Source: Alphaproteobacteria bacterium (lineage in GTDB: Bacteria > Pseudomonadota > Alphaproteobacteria > Rhizobiales > JAKIUO01). Taken from it: DNA of 64,000 nt. Of this stretch, positions 23,588 through 35,100 are shown in pieces. Each line of letters begins with the position of its first letter. Within the stretch, counting starts at the first letter, position 1. The position numbers were made by a program, and so were the translations under genes. The DNA is taken from the NCBI GenBank assembly GCA_024279115.1, contig JAJRRW010000008.1, positions 29 through 64,028 of the forward strand, given 5' to 3'. Under the pieces are notes generated by a model. That model saw only the letters and a program-made list of their open reading frames with translations. It was not told the DNA's origin and ran no database searches.

Positions 23588-25519
23588 ATGCTAAATACAC
23601 TTCGAAAAGGCACCGGTACCTGGATCGCCAAAATATTCATCGGACTGCTCGTCCTAAGCTTTGCCGTCTGGGGTATCGCAGATATTTTCACCGGATATGG
23701 CAATCGCGTGCTGGCCAAAGTCGGCGAGGTTGAAGTCTCTCCACAGGAATATGAGCGCGTCTATCAACGCCAGCTCCGGAGCGTTTCCAATCGAATCGGT
23801 CGACGGATCACCAGTGAACAGGCCCGCGCCTTTGGCCTTGATCGCCAGGTGCTCAACAGCTTGATCACCAATGCCGCCGTATCATCCCACGCGCAACAGC
23901 TGGGACTGGGTATTTCCGATGCCGCCATCCGCGATGACATCTTCAAAAGCGGCGCTTTCAAAGGCGGAGATGGCAAATTTTCGCGCATCCAGTTTGACGA
24001 GGTATTGCGCAATAACAACATGAATGAGAGCTTGTATATCAGCGAACAGCGCAATGGCACCGTCCGTGAGCAGTTGATCCTGGCCCTGTCCAGCGATCTT
24101 TATGTCCCAACAAGCATGAAAAACAGCTTTAATCGCTTCGAGAATGACACCAGAACCCTGGAATATTTCATTCTTCCCAAAACCGTCGTCAAAAAAATCG
24201 AAGAGCCAGATGAAAAAGCCCAGGCAGACTTTCTGGAGGCCAATAAACGCACCTTCACAGCCCCCCAATATCGCAAGATCGGCCTCTTGACCCTGTCTCC
24301 CGAGCTTGTCAAAAAAGCTATCAAAATTACCAAGGAAGATATCGCCACCAATTATGCCGACCGCATCGACCAGTTTTCAATCCCTGGCAAACGCCATATC
24401 CGGCGCATGTCATTCATTGATCGCGAAAAAGCCAAAGCGGCGCGGCTTGAGCTGACGGGCGGGGCCAATTTTATGACCGTGGCCAAAAAATACGGCTTTA
24501 AGGCCGATGGTACTGATATGGGCTTTATCAACAAGACAAAGCTGTTTGACCCCCGTGTCGCTGATGCGGCCTTTTCGCTCAAAAAGGGCGATATTTCTCA
24601 GCCGATCGCCAGCACCTTGAGCACAATAATCTTGCAGGTCGTTGATATCGAACCTGGCAAGATCCAGAAAACACTGGAAAAAGCCAGCGACGAAATCCGC
24701 ACCTATCTGATCGCTGAACGAGCGTCCGACAAGATCGGCAATCTGCATGACACGATCGAAGATGACCGAGCCGGTGGCAAATCGCTTGCGGAAATCGCCA
24801 AGGATCTGGAGCTGTCCTATGAGCTAATCGACGCAGTTGATCGTTCAGGCAAGGATCAAAAAGGCCAGGAAATAGCTGCAACTCTCACCGACCCTCGTCT
24901 GCTGGCATCCGCTTTTGACAGCGATATTGGCGTGGAAAATGATCCAATTGAAGTCACGGGCGGGATTGTCAACTGGCTTGAAGTGCTTGGGGTAACCCCT
25001 GAGCGCGCCAAACCACTGGCAGAAGTCAAAGAGCAGCTCATTACCCTATGGAAAGACCGTCAACGCGAAACCCGACTAAGTAAAATCGCCAGCGATGCCG
25101 TGGCGGCCATTAGCAATGGCGAAAAACTCAAAAAATATGCCAAAAAATACAAGGCAAAAGTTTTGACCTCCAAACCGTTCAAACGCTCTCAAGAGCATGA
25201 TGATATACCAGCCTCTGCCGTCAATCAGGCGTTCGTACTGGCAGTTGGCGGTGTTGGCATGAACTCTCTTGCCGATGGCAAGGGGCGGGTGATTTTCAAA
25301 GTCCTTGAAAAAGGCATTGCCAAACAGCCGGGCAAGGATGAAAGTGATAAACTCACTGCCAATATTAGCCGGGCTCTGGAAAACGATGTGGTTGCCCAAT
25401 ATGTTGCGGATCTGCGCAAAATATATGGTGTGACAATTAACGAGACGGTGTTCCAGCGCCTGAACGGCACGACGCCCTATAATAGCTCGTCACCAGAGAA
25501 TAACAGACCGCGCTTTTAG
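23588..25519 (+). CDS. PpiD-like periplasmic chaperone / peptidyl-prolyl isomerase (SurA N-terminal domain protein)
   Basis: N-terminal membrane anchor (WIAKIFIGLLVLSFAVWGI), SurA-N-like region and a parvulin-like segment. 643 aa, as for PpiD homologs. Confidence 0.75.
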   Translation: MLNTLRKGTGTWIAKIFIGLLVLSFAVWGIADIFTGYGNRVLAKVGEVEVSPQEYERVYQRQLRSVSNRIGRRITSEQARAFGLDRQVLNSLITNAAVSSHAQQLGLGISDAAIRDDIFKSGAFKGGDGKFSRIQFDEVLRNNNMNESLYISEQRNGTVREQLILALSSDLYVPTSMKNSFNRFENDTRTLEYFILPKTVVKKIEEPDEKAQADFLEANKRTFTAPQYRKIGLLTLSPELVKKAIKITKEDIATNYADRIDQFSIPGKRHIRRMSFIDREKAKAARLELTGGANFMTVAKKYGFKADGTDMGFINKTKLFDPRVADAAFSLKKGDISQPIASTLSTIILQVVDIEPGKIQKTLEKASDEIRTYLIAERASDKIGNLHDTIEDDRAGGKSLAEIAKDLELSYELIDAVDRSGKDQKGQEIAATLTDPRLLASAFDSDIGVENDPIEVTGGIVNWLEVLGVTPERAKPLAEVKEQLITLWKDRQRETRLSKIASDAVAAISNGEKLKKYAKKYKAKVLTSKPFKRSQEHDDIPASAVNQAFVLAVGGVGMNSLADGKGRVIFKVLEKGIAKQPGKDESDKLTANISRALENDVVAQYVADLRKIYGVTINETVFQRLNGTTPYNSSSPENNRPRF

Positions 25520-25554
25520 CACTTAAATCAATATTGAATTCAGGACAGGCCAGG

Positions 25555-27075
25555 GTGCAAAGCGATCCATCATACGAAACATTCCTGAAAAAGTATCAAA
25601 AAGGCACTGCGCAAGTCGTCACCATGCGACTGGTTGCTGATCTTGAGACCCCGGTTTCGGCGATGCTGCGCATTGCCGATCGAGAGCCGTTTGCCTTTTT
25701 ACTGGAATCTGTTGAAGGCGGCACAACGCGCGGGCGCTATTCCGTCATCGGCATGGCCCCTGATCTGATCTGGCGCTCCAGCTGCGACAAGGTGGAGATC
25801 TGCAAGGATCCAGCGGCCACACCGCGTGAATATATAAAAACCAAAACATCGTCCCTTAAATCCTTGCGCCAGCTTCTAGCGCAAAGCCGCATCGATCTGC
25901 CGCCAGACCTGCCTCCCATGGCGGCCGGGGTCTTTGGCTATATGGGCTATGATACCGTGCGCTTGATCGAGGAGTTACCTGATAACAATGAGGATCTGTT
26001 GGGACTTCCTGAAAGTTTGATGATCCGCCCGACCATTATTTTGATCTTTGATGCTGTCAAAGATGAAATTACCGTTGTCACCCCCGTCAGATGCAAAAAA
26101 GATGTGTCGGCAAAAGCCGCCTTTAGCCAGGCAATCGATCGTCTTGAGCTTGTCATCAAGCGCCTTGAGACGCCGATAATACACAGTGATAACGAGCAAT
26201 ATAAAGAGGCAATGACGGCAGAGCCGGTGTCCAACACCACACCTGCGAAATACAAGCAAATGGTCGCGCAGGCGCAGGAATATATCGAGGCTGGAGACAT
26301 CTTTCAGGTCGTCCTCTCCCAGCGTTTTGAGGCCCCCTTTACCCTGCCGCCGTTTTCACTTTACCGAGCCTTGCGGCGCACCAACCCGTCGCCATTCCTG
26401 TATTTTTTGAAATTTGATGATTTTTGCGTGATTGGATCAAGTCCCGAAATTCTGGTGCGGCTTCGCGACAATGAAATTACCATCAGACCCATCGCGGGCA
26501 CGAGAATGCGCGGACGCACCCCCAAAGAAGACAAGGAGATGGCTGACGAATTGTTGAGCGATCCCAAAGAGCTCTCCGAGCATCTGATGCTATTGGACCT
26601 TGGCCGCAATGATGTGGGACGCGTCTCTATTCCTGGCAGTGTCGAAGTCACCGACAGTTTCTTTCTCGAATATTATTCTCACGTCATGCATATCGTCTCC
26701 AATGTAACCGGTCAGGTTGATCCCAAAAAACATGACGCGATTGATGCCTTGATGGCCGGTTTTCCCGCCGGGACCGTATCGGGGGCTCCCAAAGTGCGCG
26801 CCATGGAAATCATTGACGAGCTGGAAAAGGATCGCCGCGGTATCTATGCGGGATGTGTTGGTTATTTCACCGCCGATGGCGAAATGGATACCGGCATCAT
26901 TTTGCGCACAAGTATCGTCAAGGATGGCATAATGTATGTGCAGGCCGGGGCCGGTATTGTTGCCGACAGCCAGCCAAAACTTGAACAAAAAGAATGTATT
27001 AATAAGGCCAAAGCCCTGTTCAAGGCCGCTTCCGAAGCGGTCCGGTACGCCTCGCAAGCCAAGACGGGGCAATGA
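25555..27075 (+). CDS. trpE: anthranilate synthase component I
   Basis: LESVEGG, PSPFLYF, GTRMRGRT, GAPKVRAMEII and RGIYAGCVGYF motifs. GTG 25555 is preferred over TTG 25534 (AGGACAGG upstream); the start is uncertain. Confidence 0.9.
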   Translation: MQSDPSYETFLKKYQKGTAQVVTMRLVADLETPVSAMLRIADREPFAFLLESVEGGTTRGRYSVIGMAPDLIWRSSCDKVEICKDPAATPREYIKTKTSSLKSLRQLLAQSRIDLPPDLPPMAAGVFGYMGYDTVRLIEELPDNNEDLLGLPESLMIRPTIILIFDAVKDEITVVTPVRCKKDVSAKAAFSQAIDRLELVIKRLETPIIHSDNEQYKEAMTAEPVSNTTPAKYKQMVAQAQEYIEAGDIFQVVLSQRFEAPFTLPPFSLYRALRRTNPSPFLYFLKFDDFCVIGSSPEILVRLRDNEITIRPIAGTRMRGRTPKEDKEMADELLSDPKELSEHLMLLDLGRNDVGRVSIPGSVEVTDSFFLEYYSHVMHIVSNVTGQVDPKKHDAIDALMAGFPAGTVSGAPKVRAMEIIDELEKDRRGIYAGCVGYFTADGEMDTGIILRTSIVKDGIMYVQAGAGIVADSQPKLEQKECINKAKALFKAASEAVRYASQAKTGQ

Positions 27076-27079
27076 AACC

Positions 27080-27604
27080 ATGCTGACACTGACCATGCTG
27101 CGCCACGCCAAATCAAGTTGGGGGGATCCCTTGCTCCGCGACAAGGATCGCCCGCTAAACGCGCGAGGAAAAACCCAGGCGAGGCAGATCGGCAGCCATC
27201 TCACGCAACAAGGCATCACCCCCGACCTGATCATCTGTTCCACCGCCAAACGAGCCCGGCAAACCCTCAAACAGGTATCGAAAAACTGGCAAACCGACGC
27301 CGAAACCATTTTTGAGGATCGACTTTATCTGGCCTCCACCGGCACGATCATATCGCTCCTTGCCTCGATCGGAACCAATGCATCACACATCATGATCATT
27401 GGTCATAATCCTGGTTTCCACAAACTGGCCTACACCCTGGCCAAGACCGGAAACAAGGATGATTTGGCGACGCTTGGCGAAAGATACCCAACCGCGACGC
27501 TGTGTGTTATCAAATCAAAAGCGATAGAATGGCAACATATCGATGATGGAACGGGAGAGCTCGTGCTATTCACTTCTCCCAAAAGTCTCAATCTCAATTC
27601 CTGA
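27080..27604 (+). CDS. histidine phosphatase family protein (SixA-like)
   Basis: LTMLRHAKSSW...RPLNARG catalytic RHA motif and a downstream GHNP motif. 174 aa. Confidence 0.7.
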   Translation: MLTLTMLRHAKSSWGDPLLRDKDRPLNARGKTQARQIGSHLTQQGITPDLIICSTAKRARQTLKQVSKNWQTDAETIFEDRLYLASTGTIISLLASIGTNASHIMIIGHNPGFHKLAYTLAKTGNKDDLATLGERYPTATLCVIKSKAIEWQHIDDGTGELVLFTSPKSLNLNS

Positions 27605-27622
27605 AGAAGCAACAGATCGCCC

Positions 27623-28255
27623 ATGGCCAAGATTACTCTGATCGATAATTATGACAGCTTCACCTACAATCTCGTCCACTATCTGGGGGAGCTTGGCAGC
27701 GAGGTGGCGGTCTATCGCAATGATGCCAAAACGGTGGATGAAATACTGGCCAAGAAACCTGCTGCGCTGGTGCTGTCCCCTGGTCCCTGCGAACCGGATC
27801 AGGCGGGCATCACTCTGGAGCTGATCAAGGAAGCGCCTCGCGATCTCCCCATATTGGGGGTATGCCTTGGACATCAAAGCATTGGTCAGGCGTTTGGCGG
27901 CAAGGTGGTACGCGCCCCAAAAATCATGCATGGCAAACTCTCGCATATCCACCATAAAGGCGAGGGCATCTTCAAAGGCCTGCCCTCCCCCTTTGAAGCC
28001 ACCCGCTATCACTCCTTGATTGTTGAACGCAACAGTCTCCCGGACTGCCTGCACATTACAGCGCAGACAAATGACGGGCTGATTATGGCGTTCGAACATA
28101 AAGAATACCCTATTCATGGCGTGCAGTTTCATCCAGAAAGTATCGCCTCGCAGCATGGCCATAAACTATTGGCCAATTTCCTGGAACTGGCGGCTATCAA
28201 GTGCACAACGCCAAAGAAATTCACCTTCAATCGACCGGCCATTGCCGTCGTCTAA
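27623..28255 (+). CDS. trpG: anthranilate synthase component II (glutamine amidotransferase)
   Basis: [19 protein letters not shown] and HGVQFHPES class-I GATase triad. Confidence 0.85.
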   Translation: MAKITLIDNYDSFTYNLVHYLGELGSEVAVYRNDAKTVDEILAKKPAALVLSPGPCEPDQAGITLELIKEAPRDLPILGVCLGHQSIGQAFGGKVVRAPKIMHGKLSHIHHKGEGIFKGLPSPFEATRYHSLIVERNSLPDCLHITAQTNDGLIMAFEHKEYPIHGVQFHPESIASQHGHKLLANFLELAAIKCTTPKKFTFNRPAIAVV

Positions 28256-28273
28256 CCTATTGGAGCCCTCCTT

Positions 28274-29287
28274 ATGGCAGACATGAAAACATTTATCGCC
28301 AAGGTGGCTGACGGCCACTCCTTAAGTGAGGCCGAAGCGGCCAGCGCTTTTGACATCATCATGAGCGGCGAGGCAACCGATGTGCAGATCGGGGCGTTTT
28401 TACTGGCCCTTCGCGTGCGCGGAGAAACCGTCGAGGAAATTACCGGCGCGGCCCGGACCATGCGCGCCAAGGCGACCGGCGTGCAAGCCCCTGATGGTGC
28501 GATCGATATTGTCGGCACCGGTGGTGATGCCAAGGGCACCTATAATATTTCCACCTGCAGCGCTCTCGTTGCTGCCGGCGCTGGCGCGGTTGTCGCCAAA
28601 CATGGCAGCAAGGCGGTGTCCTCCAAATCGGGAGCCAGTGATGTGCTTGAAGCCCTTGGCGTCAAGCTTGGCATTGCCCCCGAGCTGGTCACCGCCTGTA
28701 TCAACGAGGCCAATGTGGGCTTCATGTTTGCGCCCGCCCATCATGCGGCCATGAAACATGTCATGCCGGCGCGTGCCCAGCTCGCCACACGTACCATTTT
28801 CAATCTACTCGGCCCCCTCACCAACCCGGCAGGCGTCAAAAGCCAGCTGATGGGAGTTTACTCAAAAGACTGGGTTGAACCTTTGGCCAATGTCCTCAAG
28901 AATCTAGGCTCCGATCATGTATGGGTGGTCCATGGCAGCGATGGTATGGATGAATTGACGACGACGGGCCTATCTTATGTCTCGGAACTCAAAAACGGCG
29001 TGGTTTCAAGTTTTACCATCTCGCCGCAAGATGCTGGCCTTGCCCAAGCGACACCTGATGATCTGCTGGGCGGTGATGCCATGCACAATGCCAGGGCCAT
29101 ACGAGAAGTGCTCGATGGCACCAAGGGAGCCTTTCGCGATGTGGTCATCCTCAATGCGGCCGCCGCTCTCATCGTCGCTGGAAAAGCGCGTAATATTCAA
29201 GAAGGGGCTGGCCTTGCCTCCCAATCGATTGATTCAGGAGCCGCAAAAACGGCGCTCAACAATCTCAAGGCAACATCCAACAGCTAG
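28274..29287 (+). CDS. trpD: anthranilate phosphoribosyltransferase
   Basis: [35 protein letters not shown] and [10 protein letters not shown] motifs. Confidence 0.95.
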   Translation: MADMKTFIAKVADGHSLSEAEAASAFDIIMSGEATDVQIGAFLLALRVRGETVEEITGAARTMRAKATGVQAPDGAIDIVGTGGDAKGTYNISTCSALVAAGAGAVVAKHGSKAVSSKSGASDVLEALGVKLGIAPELVTACINEANVGFMFAPAHHAAMKHVMPARAQLATRTIFNLLGPLTNPAGVKSQLMGVYSKDWVEPLANVLKNLGSDHVWVVHGSDGMDELTTTGLSYVSELKNGVVSSFTISPQDAGLAQATPDDLLGGDAMHNARAIREVLDGTKGAFRDVVILNAAAALIVAGKARNIQEGAGLASQSIDSGAAKTALNNLKATSNS

Positions 29288-29299
29288 GATCTGGACTTA

Positions 29300-30106
29300 A
29301 TGGCCGATATTCTCGACAAAATAGTCGCCTACAAACGCGAAGAAATCAGCAAAGCACAAGGCGATTTACCGCTTGGCGAGCTTCAAGCACAGCTCACTAG
29401 CGCGCCGCCTGTGCGCAGTTTTACAAAGGCATTAAACTCAAAGCTGGAGAGCGGTGAGTTTGCCCTCATTGCCGAAATTAAAAAAGCGTCCCCTTCCAAA
29501 GGTCTGATCCGGGAGGATTTCGATCCCGCATCCCTTGCCAACGCCTATCAACAAGGAGGGGCCGCCTGCCTGTCCGTGCTCACCGACACCCCGTCATTTC
29601 AAGGACATCCCGATTTCCTGATGCAGGCCAAAAACAACTGTTCTTTGCCAGTGCTGCGCAAGGATTTCATGATTGATCCTTATCAGATTGTTGAGGCCAG
29701 GGTTTGGGGAGCTGACTGTATTCTTGTCATCATGGCCTGTCTGGATGACCCTATGGCCGCTGACCTGACCGATCACGCCCATGATCTGGGCATGGATGTG
29801 CTGGTCGAGGTCCATGATGAGCGCGAACTCGAGCGCGCCTTGAAGCTCGACAACAAGATGATTGGTATCAATAATCGCAATCTCAAAACTTTCGAAACAA
29901 GTCTGCAAACCAGCGAACGGCTGGCGCCGCTTATTCCGGATGGCTATATTATAGTGGGCGAATCAGGGCTGTCGGAAAATTTGCATCTCCAACGCCTTTC
30001 AAAGGCCAATATCGGCACATTTTTGGTGGGAGAAAGTCTGATGCGCCAGGAGGATGTCGCCAATGCAACCAAATCCCTCTTGTTTGGAGAAACAACACCA
30101 TCATGA
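29300..30106 (+). CDS. trpC: indole-3-glycerol phosphate synthase
   Basis: [28 protein letters not shown] and ESG motifs. Confidence 0.95.
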   Translation: MADILDKIVAYKREEISKAQGDLPLGELQAQLTSAPPVRSFTKALNSKLESGEFALIAEIKKASPSKGLIREDFDPASLANAYQQGGAACLSVLTDTPSFQGHPDFLMQAKNNCSLPVLRKDFMIDPYQIVEARVWGADCILVIMACLDDPMAADLTDHAHDLGMDVLVEVHDERELERALKLDNKMIGINNRNLKTFETSLQTSERLAPLIPDGYIIVGESGLSENLHLQRLSKANIGTFLVGESLMRQEDVANATKSLLFGETTPS

Positions 30107-30588
30107 CCAATGATAAACTGTCCCATCTCAACAAAAGCGGTGAGGCCCACATGGTCGATGTAGGGGCCAAGGAGGTGACATCGCGCACCGCCATTGCTTG
30201 TGGACAGATCACCATGCTCGACCAAACCCTCGAACTGGTGCAAAGCGGCAACGCAAAAAAGGGTGATGTTCTGGCGACCGCCCGCATAGCAGGCATTATG
30301 GCTGCTAAAAAGACCTCCGATCTTATCCCTTTATGTCACCCGCTTGCCCTCACTAAAGTCAGTGTTGATATCGAGGTCGATCCTGTTCTACCCGGTATCA
30401 AGGTCACCGCAACCGTTTGTGTTTCGGGAAAAACCGGCGTAGAAATGGAGGCTCTGGCAGCGGTCAGTGTCACCTGCCTGACCCTTTACGATATGTTGAA
30501 AGCGGTTGATCGCGGCATGGTGATCTCGCAGATTAAAGTGCTCGAAAAACATGGTGGAAATTCTGGTTCATTCACTGCCAAATCATAA
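30103..30588 (+). CDS. moaC: cyclic pyranopterin monophosphate synthase MoaC
   Basis: ATGA overlap with the trpC stop. LIPLCHPL and [18 protein letters not shown] motifs. Confidence 0.95.
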   Translation: MTNDKLSHLNKSGEAHMVDVGAKEVTSRTAIACGQITMLDQTLELVQSGNAKKGDVLATARIAGIMAAKKTSDLIPLCHPLALTKVSVDIEVDPVLPGIKVTATVCVSGKTGVEMEALAAVSVTCLTLYDMLKAVDRGMVISQIKVLEKHGGNSGSFTAKS

Positions 30589-30610
30589 TCCAGCCGAAAT
30601 TTTCCTTGCA

Positions 30611-30625
30611 GAACACAATCAGAAC
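30611..30625. promoter_or_regulatory. alphaproteobacterial SOS box (GAAC-N7-GAAC) upstream of lexA
   Basis: GAACacaatcaGAAC is an exact match to the direct-repeat LexA operator described for Rhizobium/Rhodobacter. It lies 76 nt upstream of the lexA ATG. Confidence 0.7.
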
Positions 30626-30637
30626 AGCTATATATAT

Positions 30638-30652
30638 GTTCATGTTTTGTCC
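30638..30652. promoter_or_regulatory. second, imperfect SOS box (GTTC-N7-GTCC)
   Basis: GTTCatgttttGTCC has one mismatch to GTTC-N7-GTTC. It lies 12 nt after the first box. Confidence 0.45.
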
Positions 30653-30700
30653 GCGCCCGTGCTGCGCATCGTTTAAGGCGCCTATAAGGGAATCTATTCC

Positions 30701-31390
30701 ATGTTGACCCAAAAGCAAAAAGACCTGCTGATGTTTATCCACCAACGGATCAGCGAAAAAGGTGTTTCTCCTTCATTTGAAGAAATGAAAGAAGCTTTGA
30801 ATCTCAAATCCAAATCCGGAATTCATCGCTTGATAACAGCGCTGGAGGAACGAGGCTTCATCAAGCGACTGGCACACCGCGCCAGAGCGCTGGAAATTGT
30901 CAAGCTGCCTGATTCTGTCATTCCAGACGGTGCAACTGAAACCAGTAGCGTTGTATCTGGTGACTTTGGCAGTTCCGCCAAGGGAGGGGCATCTGGCAGT
31001 CGCCTTGGCACCAATGTTCCGGTCATGGGCCGCATCGCTGCCGGTGTGCCTATTTCTGCTATTCAAGAACAGAGCCACAGTGTTGTTGTGCCCCCCGAAA
31101 TGGTTTCCAAGGGAGAGCATTTCGCGCTGGAGGTCAAAGGTGACTCGATGATTGAAGCAGGTATTCTTGATGGCGATACGGTTATCATCCACAAGACCAG
31201 CTCTGCCAATAATGGCGATATTGTTGTCGCCTATCTTGTCGAAGAAGAAGAAGCAACGCTGAAAAGATTACGACGCAAAGGTGCCAGCATCGCCCTGGAA
31301 GCTGCCAATCCTGCCTATGAGACCCGCATCTATGGACCCGATCAGATTGTCGTTCAGGGGCGGCTCATCGGACTGTTGCGAAATTATTAG
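30701..31390 (+). CDS. lexA: LexA repressor
   Basis: Winged-helix N-terminus ([16 protein letters not shown]...). Ala-Gly cleavage region (GRIAAGVPI). S24 peptidase Ser/Lys (VKGDSM...ATLKRL). Confidence 0.95.
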   Translation: MLTQKQKDLLMFIHQRISEKGVSPSFEEMKEALNLKSKSGIHRLITALEERGFIKRLAHRARALEIVKLPDSVIPDGATETSSVVSGDFGSSAKGGASGSRLGTNVPVMGRIAAGVPISAIQEQSHSVVVPPEMVSKGEHFALEVKGDSMIEAGILDGDTVIIHKTSSANNGDIVVAYLVEEEEATLKRLRRKGASIALEAANPAYETRIYGPDQIVVQGRLIGLLRNY

Positions 31391-31421
31391 AAGCTCAATC
31401 ATACAAAAAGACTGGCGGCTC

Positions 31422-31498
31422 GCGCCCTTGAAGTAACGCATTTGTTCCATGCGCCACAACTAACCAGGTGCTGATGATGGAGCAACACTCAAGGGCGC
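31422..31498. repeat. 77-nt hairpin-forming inverted repeat just downstream of lexA
   Basis: GCGCCCTTGA (31422-31431) is the exact reverse complement of TCAAGGGCGC (31489-31498). An internal CGCAT/ATGCG sub-stem is present. No U tract follows. Confidence 0.5.
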
Positions 31499-31690
31499 TT
31501 GCCAAAAAGTCTAGAGCAATTTGCGTTCACCCGCAATCATTCCAGCTGACATTTTTGCTCCGTTTTCGGCGTCAAGAAATTTGAAAATATCCAGACATAT
31601 CCTGCATTTCTTAACTTGAAACCGAAGCAAAACTGTTCAGCTGTTTCTGACCGCGAGTGAATGCAAACCGCTCTAGCCATCATGAAATTG

Positions 31691-31957
31691 CTAGCTCTTC
31701 TTTGCGCGTCCTGTTTTAAACAGTCTGGCAACGAGCCAGATCGGCACGACAAGAAGAGCACCAGTCAAGAAATAGGAAATGCCTTTTTCAAAAGCTTCAT
31801 AACCCATATTATAGACCCGTTCGGCGAGCCGCCTAACGCCATCGAATATATCAAAGGGCTCCAGACCTAATGCCGCAAGTACGATACCTACAATAATCGA
31901 CAAAATGATCAATCGAACCAGCACGCCAGTTGGGCTACCGCCAATAAATCTTTCCAT
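31691..31957 (-). CDS. small two-TM membrane protein (DUF6460-like)
   Basis: 88 aa with two hydrophobic helices (VLVRLIILSIIVGIVLAALGL; LTGALLVVPIWLVARLF). Resembles a small conserved Rhizobiales membrane protein; family assignment is from memory only. Confidence 0.5.
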   Translation of the reverse strand: MERFIGGSPTGVLVRLIILSIIVGIVLAALGLEPFDIFDGVRRLAERVYNMGYEAFEKGISYFLTGALLVVPIWLVARLFKTGRAKKS

Positions 31958-32179
31958 ATTCTCGCCTGCCTTTCATTCGACCCGGGTTTGCTATGAAGTA
32001 CGACCCACCCCATAGCCATCATTCATTATTTAGTGACCATGCCACCCAATAACACATTGTCTTGCTTGCTGATAATCCTGAATATTTTATTGTTAAAACA
32101 AAAATGAGGGTTCAAAATGAATTGAACACCTCATCTTCAAACTGACAGTCTTTGATTAACTGGTCAAATCGTCACGACT

Positions 32180-35100
32180 TTATGACTTTGTGCGCTGGCT
32201 GTCTTGCAAACTGGCTTTGCGATACTGACTGACGACATTTGCACTTTCGTCCGGTGTTCTTGGCTTCCAGGTGCGTATATTCTCATCCAGTTTTTTTAGT
32301 AATTTGCCTGACAGATCCTTGCGCAGATCTTTGACCATGGCAACGGCTTCCTTGTCGCCAGCGCGAGCGGCAAGAGAATACCATTTATAAGCCCCCTCGA
32401 TATCGAGTTTACCACCCATGCCATTTTGATAAATGATCGCAAGGTTGAACTGGCTATCTTTGACACCATACTCAGCCGCCTTGGCATACCAGGTAATCGC
32501 GTTGGTAAAATCGGCCCTACCCAGATTGCCGCCCGTATATAGAACAGCCAGATTGTGCATTGCTTTGACGTTGCCTTTTTCGGCCGCTGACATATACAGA
32601 TCCTTGGCACGCTGGTAATCCTTGGCAACACCATTGCCCCGTTCATACATGGTTGCCAACCGATAGATCGCTGGCGCATAACCAGCTTTGGCTGATTTTT
32701 CGTACCATTCGACAGAAATCGCAGCACTTTTTTCGACACCAATGCCTTTCCCGAAGCGGCGCGCCACTTCATACTGGGCCAGCACATCACCGCGACTGGC
32801 AGATTTCAGCAAACCAGCTGTTCCGCCTGTGTTTGGCTGATCCGTTTTGGCTGCCACGGCCTTAACGCTCTTTTTTGTCAATGTACCAAGAGAACCCGAC
32901 GGCGAAGAAAAGCTGATATACTGATCAAACAGGGACCCTGTTTCCACCTTCCCCCTGGCGCCGCCAATTGCAGCGGTAAATTCAATGGCTGAAGGCTCTG
33001 CAGGCAGGACAATCGTTCGTGTGATGACCGTCTTGCCCTCCTTGGCTGGAGTGTCCTTTGGCGCAGATCCAGCATCCTTATTGGCGAGCGCAACTCCACT
33101 ACCTGACTGCAATGTCGAACGCCCCCCGCCAGCACCCGGTTTTGCATTTTTGTGTTCGATAGATTTGATCTTTGCTGGCAGCACCCCTTCCAGGCGAGGA
33201 TCCGCAGGTAGCTGATCTGCCAGTTTTTCCGAAGCGTTCAGCTTTACAACGGTGCCGGTATCCACATCGTCTCTCGACATGCCGTATAGCAACAAAGCGC
33301 TTGTTCCAAACAGGATCAAGGACGTAAAGACCAGAAGGGAATTGGGGCCCTGCACCTTATCTGTGAACAGGCTGTTTTTTGGAACATTTTTGATATTCTC
33401 GACGATTGGCTCTGACTCCACACCCCTATCCTTTTGTTTTGCAGCGGCAATAAAATTTCCGATCTTTTTCACTGAATTAGGCCCCGGTCCAGCGGCATCA
33501 TTTGTCGAATTGACCACATTGGTACGTTCGTTCGCCGCGCGCGCGGCCGCCCTGGCTGACCGAAGAAATTCTTTATCAATCGCCGGCTTTTGCACCAATT
33601 CTTCGCGCGCCTCACCAAGCCCTTGTTGATCGGCCTGCTCAACCCCTTGCTGTTCGTGAACCGTAGCTCCCTCACCAGGCTTGTGATCTGTGCTTGCTGT
33701 GTTATCCGGGGCTGAACCCTTCAGGTGTTGTTCGGGGTTTACTGGCTCATCGAGCTCTGGTGAAATGTCCTCGATTTCAGTTTCGGATTGAGAATGCTCG
33801 AGCAAAGGCCCCCTTGACACAGGGTCCTGCTGTTTCGTTCTGGAGGCGAACACGTCTGCTGATTCTACTGGCGAACCTTGTTCATTCACATGTAGATCCT
33901 GCGTTGCATCCGATAACCAGACAGGCAACTCTTCAATTATATCTGGCGCAATCAGATCAGCAACTTCATCATCCACCCTCATTTTTTTATCTGAGGGTTG
34001 CGATTGCCCATCGTTTGTATCTGCCCGCTTTGACCCAAGGACGGATGCGACAATACCAGAGGCCATACTCATTTCAGCTGCCTGCGGTTCGGCGGCACCG
34101 TCGGTTTCGATTGTCTTGACCCGCTCCCCTATATCTTTCAAAGCGTCATGTAACGCATCTAGCGAATCGGACATGCGGACATCTTGAAGATGGCGTTGTT
34201 CTGCGGCGTGGGCCAACTCCGCTTTCATGGCACCAAACACTTCTGATGCATCAATCGCCTCTTGCACCGCCAGTTGAGACTGAGTGCGCACAATTTGCGT
34301 AACATTATCGCCCATCTTCTGTCCTGAAAGGGCAACATCATCCAGCAATGTTACAATGTGTTTTTCCAGCGACGTTACGCGCTGTTCCATTTCACTATCA
34401 AGAATTCTAGTGGGCGCCAATTCAACAATAGAGGGAACTTGCTCGGCAGCTGGCTCCAGCGCGGAGGGATGATCAACCTGCTTCGTCATTGACGCCGAGA
34501 GTGCTTCTATATTCGTTTCAATATCTTGCAATTCTTGCGCATGTTCAGCGAAGCTGGTTGTTTCGTTGATATTATTTGGCTGGTCAATCACTTCAGCAAC
34601 GCGCTCTTCGCTCGCATCCAAGGGCTCGCCTGGCAGCCTTGTCGATGTCGCTTGCGGACCAGGTTCAATGTCAGCCAGTTCGGGCGCCCCAGGCTTTGGT
34701 TCGTCCATGCTCTTGTTATCCTGAAGCTCGGCGTCCCATTTGTTGACATTATTTTGCTGCTGGTTCACATCATCGGCGTTAGGTCCGGTCGCGTCCCTGC
34801 CCGGCTCATCTAACTCCGACAACCCAAATCGTTTACTATCAACATCGAGATCATCTTGATGGATGACGGCTGTCGCCAGAGCGGCAACCGGTTTACGTTC
34901 GCTCTTTGATGGCGTAGTGGGTTGCACATCTTGCTCCAGATATTTTTTCACACCAGCGCTATATGACAAACCGGTGCCACCAAGCTTTGAAGCGAGTTCG
35001 GCTGCCCGTTTTTCGATATTCTTGAAATCGGCATTGGTGCCGGGATCGGCGCTTTCTTCTTGCAGCTCACAAACAGGTACATTCGCACGGTTTTGATGTT

